Source of the DNA: Anthoceros angustus
Taxonomy: Eukaryota > Plantae > Anthocerotophyta
Assembly (NCBI GenBank): GCA_010909165.1
Contig: MU008175.1
Span: forward strand, 673,370 to 737,369
Direction of reading: 5' to 3'
Length of the DNA stretch: 64,000 nucleotides
The notes beneath the pieces were generated by a model. The model was not told where the DNA came from and searched no databases. It worked only from the letters and a program-made list of their open reading frames with translations. The translations under genes and the position numbers were made by a program. Shown here one piece after another: positions 61,286-64,000 of this stretch. Position 1 is the first letter of the stretch. Every line of letters begins with the position of its first letter.

Positions 61286-62021
61286 GAGGAACTTGCTTGT
61301 TTGCATAGCAAAACATGCATTGTGCAAACCTCGAGTTTTTGTTTTCCGGTCTCCAACGAATTTTGCTGCCTAGCTCCCTTCCGAAGACAAAAGGCAAATG
61401 GAGCCTGACACAACCGTCAGCGTGTTTGCCTTGTAAAATAATAAGCTTCCACACGCTTTAACCCTAGACTAGACTTTGTGTGGATTGCGGATCGTGGTAT
61501 CATACGAAACATCGAAAACATGGTCCATGTTTGCCGTAAATTTGTAGGTGATAAATTGGAGTACCAAAATAAATTGCAATCAGTCAAGAGAGAGAGAAAT
61601 ATGAAGGTGGGAAGAAGAGGAGGGAGTTTATTACTGTCCACTCGCTGATAGCAGGATGGTTTTGGGTGTTCATGGCCCTGGTTGACCTAATTAGGCCCCT
61701 TGATGCGATGGGCCGGTAATGGACTGTTGTGAAATCCTTGGGAACCGGATTATTGCAACCTGATTGGGTCAGAAGAGGAAGAGGTGACGGGATCACAGCA
61801 CCGCGATCGGAGCAACCGAAAGTCTGGTCAGGGGAGAGCAAGAGCAAGAGCAAGAAGATGCAAAACAAGAGGAGCTGAGCAGGGTCAGGGTCAGGGTCAG
61901 GGCAGGGCAAAGAGCAGGGCAGATCAGGGCAGATCAGGGCAAAGAGCAGGGTGTGACCGATGTATCTGCTGTGTGGCAGAGTGGAGCATCAGGGATGGCG
62001 TGACAACAGCAAGGGGCCGGC

Positions 62022-63401
62022 ATGAGCATGAGGAGGCAAGGAGAGCAAGATGCCTACTCGGGGTGGAAGGCCATGGTGCCGGTGCTGTACGACTGGTTTG
62101 CCAACCACCAGCTCATGTGGCCATCCCTGTCATGCCGCTGGGGACCGCAGCTGGAGCAGGGCACGTACAGGAACCGGCAGCGGCTCTACATGTGCGAGCA
62201 GACGGATGGGAGCATGCCCAACACTCTGGTGGTGGCCAACTGCGACGTGGTGAAGCCCCGGGTGGCCAACGCGCAGCACATCTCCCACTTCACCCTGGAC
62301 GGCAAGTCGCCCTTCGTGAAGAAGCACAAGACCATCATCCACCCGGGCGAGGTGAACAGGATCAGGGAGCTCCCGCAGAACAGCAAGATCGTGGCCACGC
62401 ACACCGACAGCCCGGAGGTCCTGGTGTGGAACGTGGAGGCGCAACCTAACCGCGCGGCGTCGCTGGGAGCGCTGCCCTCCCGGCCCGACCTCATTTTGAC
62501 AGGCCACGCCGACGACGCGGAGTTCGCCCTGGCGTGCAGCCCCGTGCAGGCGCTGGTGCTCTCGGGAGGGAAAGATCGGAGCGTGGTGCTGTGGGCAATC
62601 GAGGATCACATCACCAGGACAGGGCAGGGCTCCGGGCGGCAGAGCTGGAACAGCGGGGGTTCGGGATCCACCGAGCGCACCAGGTCCGGCTCCAATCGTG
62701 TGGAGGCGCGCGGGGTGTTCAAGGGCCATTCCTCCACAGTGGAAGATGTCCAGTTCCGGCCGTCCAGCCCCGATGAGTTCTGCAGCGTGGGGGACGACTC
62801 CTGCCTCATCGTGTGGGATGCTAGAGCCGGATGCGAGCCCGCCGTGAAGGTGGAGAAGGCGCACGACGCGGATGTGCATACTGTGGACTGGAACGCCATG
62901 GACGAGAACCTGCTGCTCACCGGCTCCGCGGACGCCTCCGTCCGCCTCTTGGACCTCCGCAAGCCGGGGCAGCCAATCCACAGGTTCGAGGGCCACACGG
63001 CCGCGGTGCTCTGCGTGCAGTGGTGCCCCAACAAGGCCTCCGTCTTTGGGAGCTGTGCGGAAGACGGCCTGCTCAATGTCTGGGACCACGAGAAGACCAC
63101 CATGGCAAGCAGCACGGATAACGCAAGCAAAGCATCCAAGCGATTCTCGAAACCCTCACCCGGCCTTTTCTTCCAGCATGCGGGCCACCGCAGCAAGGTG
63201 GTGGACTTCCACTGGAACCCGGAGGATCCCTGGACGCTGGTGAGCGTGTCGGATGGCGGAGAAACCCCAGGCGGGGGCGGCACACTTCAGATGTGGAGAA
63301 TGAGCGACTTCATTTACCGGACGGAAGAGGAGGTTTTGGAGGAACTGCAGAGATTAGGACCCTACATTTTCTCGGCTGCTGCTCCTGCTTCATCGGATTA
63401 A
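62022..63401 (+). CDS. MSI4: MSI4/FVE-type WD40 histone-binding protein (RBBP4/CAF1-C family), single exon
   Basis: YSGWKAMVPVLYDWFANHQLMWPSLSCRWGP, KTIIHPGEVNRIRELPQN, FFQHAGHRSKVVDFHWN and GGGTLQMWRMSD in one uninterrupted 459-aa ORF. Confidence 0.95.
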   Translation: MSMRRQGEQDAYSGWKAMVPVLYDWFANHQLMWPSLSCRWGPQLEQGTYRNRQRLYMCEQTDGSMPNTLVVANCDVVKPRVANAQHISHFTLDGKSPFVKKHKTIIHPGEVNRIRELPQNSKIVATHTDSPEVLVWNVEAQPNRAASLGALPSRPDLILTGHADDAEFALACSPVQALVLSGGKDRSVVLWAIEDHITRTGQGSGRQSWNSGGSGSTERTRSGSNRVEARGVFKGHSSTVEDVQFRPSSPDEFCSVGDDSCLIVWDARAGCEPAVKVEKAHDADVHTVDWNAMDENLLLTGSADASVRLLDLRKPGQPIHRFEGHTAAVLCVQWCPNKASVFGSCAEDGLLNVWDHEKTTMASSTDNASKASKRFSKPSPGLFFQHAGHRSKVVDFHWNPEDPWTLVSVSDGGETPGGGGTLQMWRMSDFIYRTEEEVLEELQRLGPYIFSAAAPASSD

Positions 63402-63477
63402 CGCATCAAACGTACATGTATTCTACCAGAGCCTGCACCCCGGTGACATTCATTCGTCCTGGGGCTCATTCAATCGG

Positions 63478-64000
63478 TCAGTCGTCCACCAAGCTTAGCA
63501 AATACATGTCATTCAGTCGGTCATTGCTCTCCGAGTTCCCTCCATACACCAGCACGGAATTGTCGAAGGAGGCAGCGGCGAACCAGCCTCTGGCCCCGGG
63601 ATCACCATGCTTCTTCTCGACCGCGGGCTTCTCCCACCTGAGCTTCTCCGTGTCCAGCACCAGGACGTCGGACGTGAAGGAGCCTGCCCCGAGGTGGCCC
63701 AGATCGCTGGGATCCACCTCCCCGCCGTAGATCAGCAAATGCTTGCCGATGGCTGCACTGCCGAACACGCTTCTTCCGAACGGCCTGTTGCCGTCCTCGT
63801 CGAGCGCCACCACCTCCTCCCAGCTGGATGTCTGGATGTCAAATCTGAACACATCCGAAAGCTCCTGGCCATTGAAGCCGAAGATGACCCACACTGCACC
63901 GGCGGCCACCACCAGGCCGGGGCCTCCCCGCGGGGCACAGGCAGGGAAGATAGGCAGGGCACTCCACTTCCCACTCTCGATGTCGTAACCCCAGAGGTCG
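63478..64000 (-). CDS. Kelch-repeat protein, nitrile-specifier-protein (NSP5)-like; 3' part only, runs off the window end
   Basis: PRGGPGL, VIFGFNGQELSD, RSVFGSAAIGKHLLIYGGEVDPSDLGHLGAG, ARGWFA and VYGGNSESNDRLND. Confidence 0.88.
   Translation of the reverse strand, partial: DLWGYDIESGKWSALPIFPACAPRGGPGLVVAAGAVWVIFGFNGQELSDVFRFDIQTSSWEEVVALDEDGNRPFGRSVFGSAAIGKHLLIYGGEVDPSDLGHLGAGSFTSDVLVLDTEKLRWEKPAVEKKHGDPGARGWFAAASFDNSVLVYGGNSESNDRLNDMYLLSLVDD

Noticed and set aside
62130-63283. Long antisense ORFs over MSI4 (also over the F-box, GRAS and PPR genes)
   Set aside because: They are shadow frames expected from GC-rich codon usage and have no recognisable domains.

Overview
Gene-dense land-plant nuclear DNA with short (~90-110 nt) introns. 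It is most likely a hornwort (Anthoceros-like), inferred from three PLS-class PPR editing factors whose C-terminal box reads 'KQ(P/A)GQSWW(T/I)D' (WW type). In order, the window holds: a decayed transposon zone (1-8.7 kb: Ty3/gypsy-like relic and Sola-type DDD transposase pseudogene); a heavily decayed ORF resembling a cytosine-C5 DNA methyltransferase (9.1-9.95 kb); a class I small HSP with HSEs; PPR-1; a START/polyketide-cyclase-like gene; a NOI/RIN4-like gene; an SPB1/FTSJ3 pseudogene; an F-box gene; an F-box PP2 gene; an ~8 kb microsatellite-dense region; an SCL3-like GRAS gene with a ~580-aa insertion inside the GRAS domain; an Em-type LEA gene; PPR-2 and a PPR 5' relic; a ~8 kb AT-rich nested tandem-repeat island; PPR-3; a ~22-exon chromomethylase; an intronless MSI4/FVE; and the 3' part of an NSP-like Kelch gene. 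Best leads: (i) a CMT with intact catalytic and CHG-recognition motifs but a broken BAH aromatic cage, next to an intronless MSI4; (ii) a possible transposon-associated C5-methyltransferase relic unlike MET1/CMT/DRM; (iii) the giant GRAS insertion with repeated DxN and SUMO motifs; (iv) GC-AG introns in both stress genes; (v) two candidate structured ncRNAs. Several genes carry single-base frameshifts in homopolymer runs that may be assembly errors. All family assignments come from motif recognition by eye; no searches were run.
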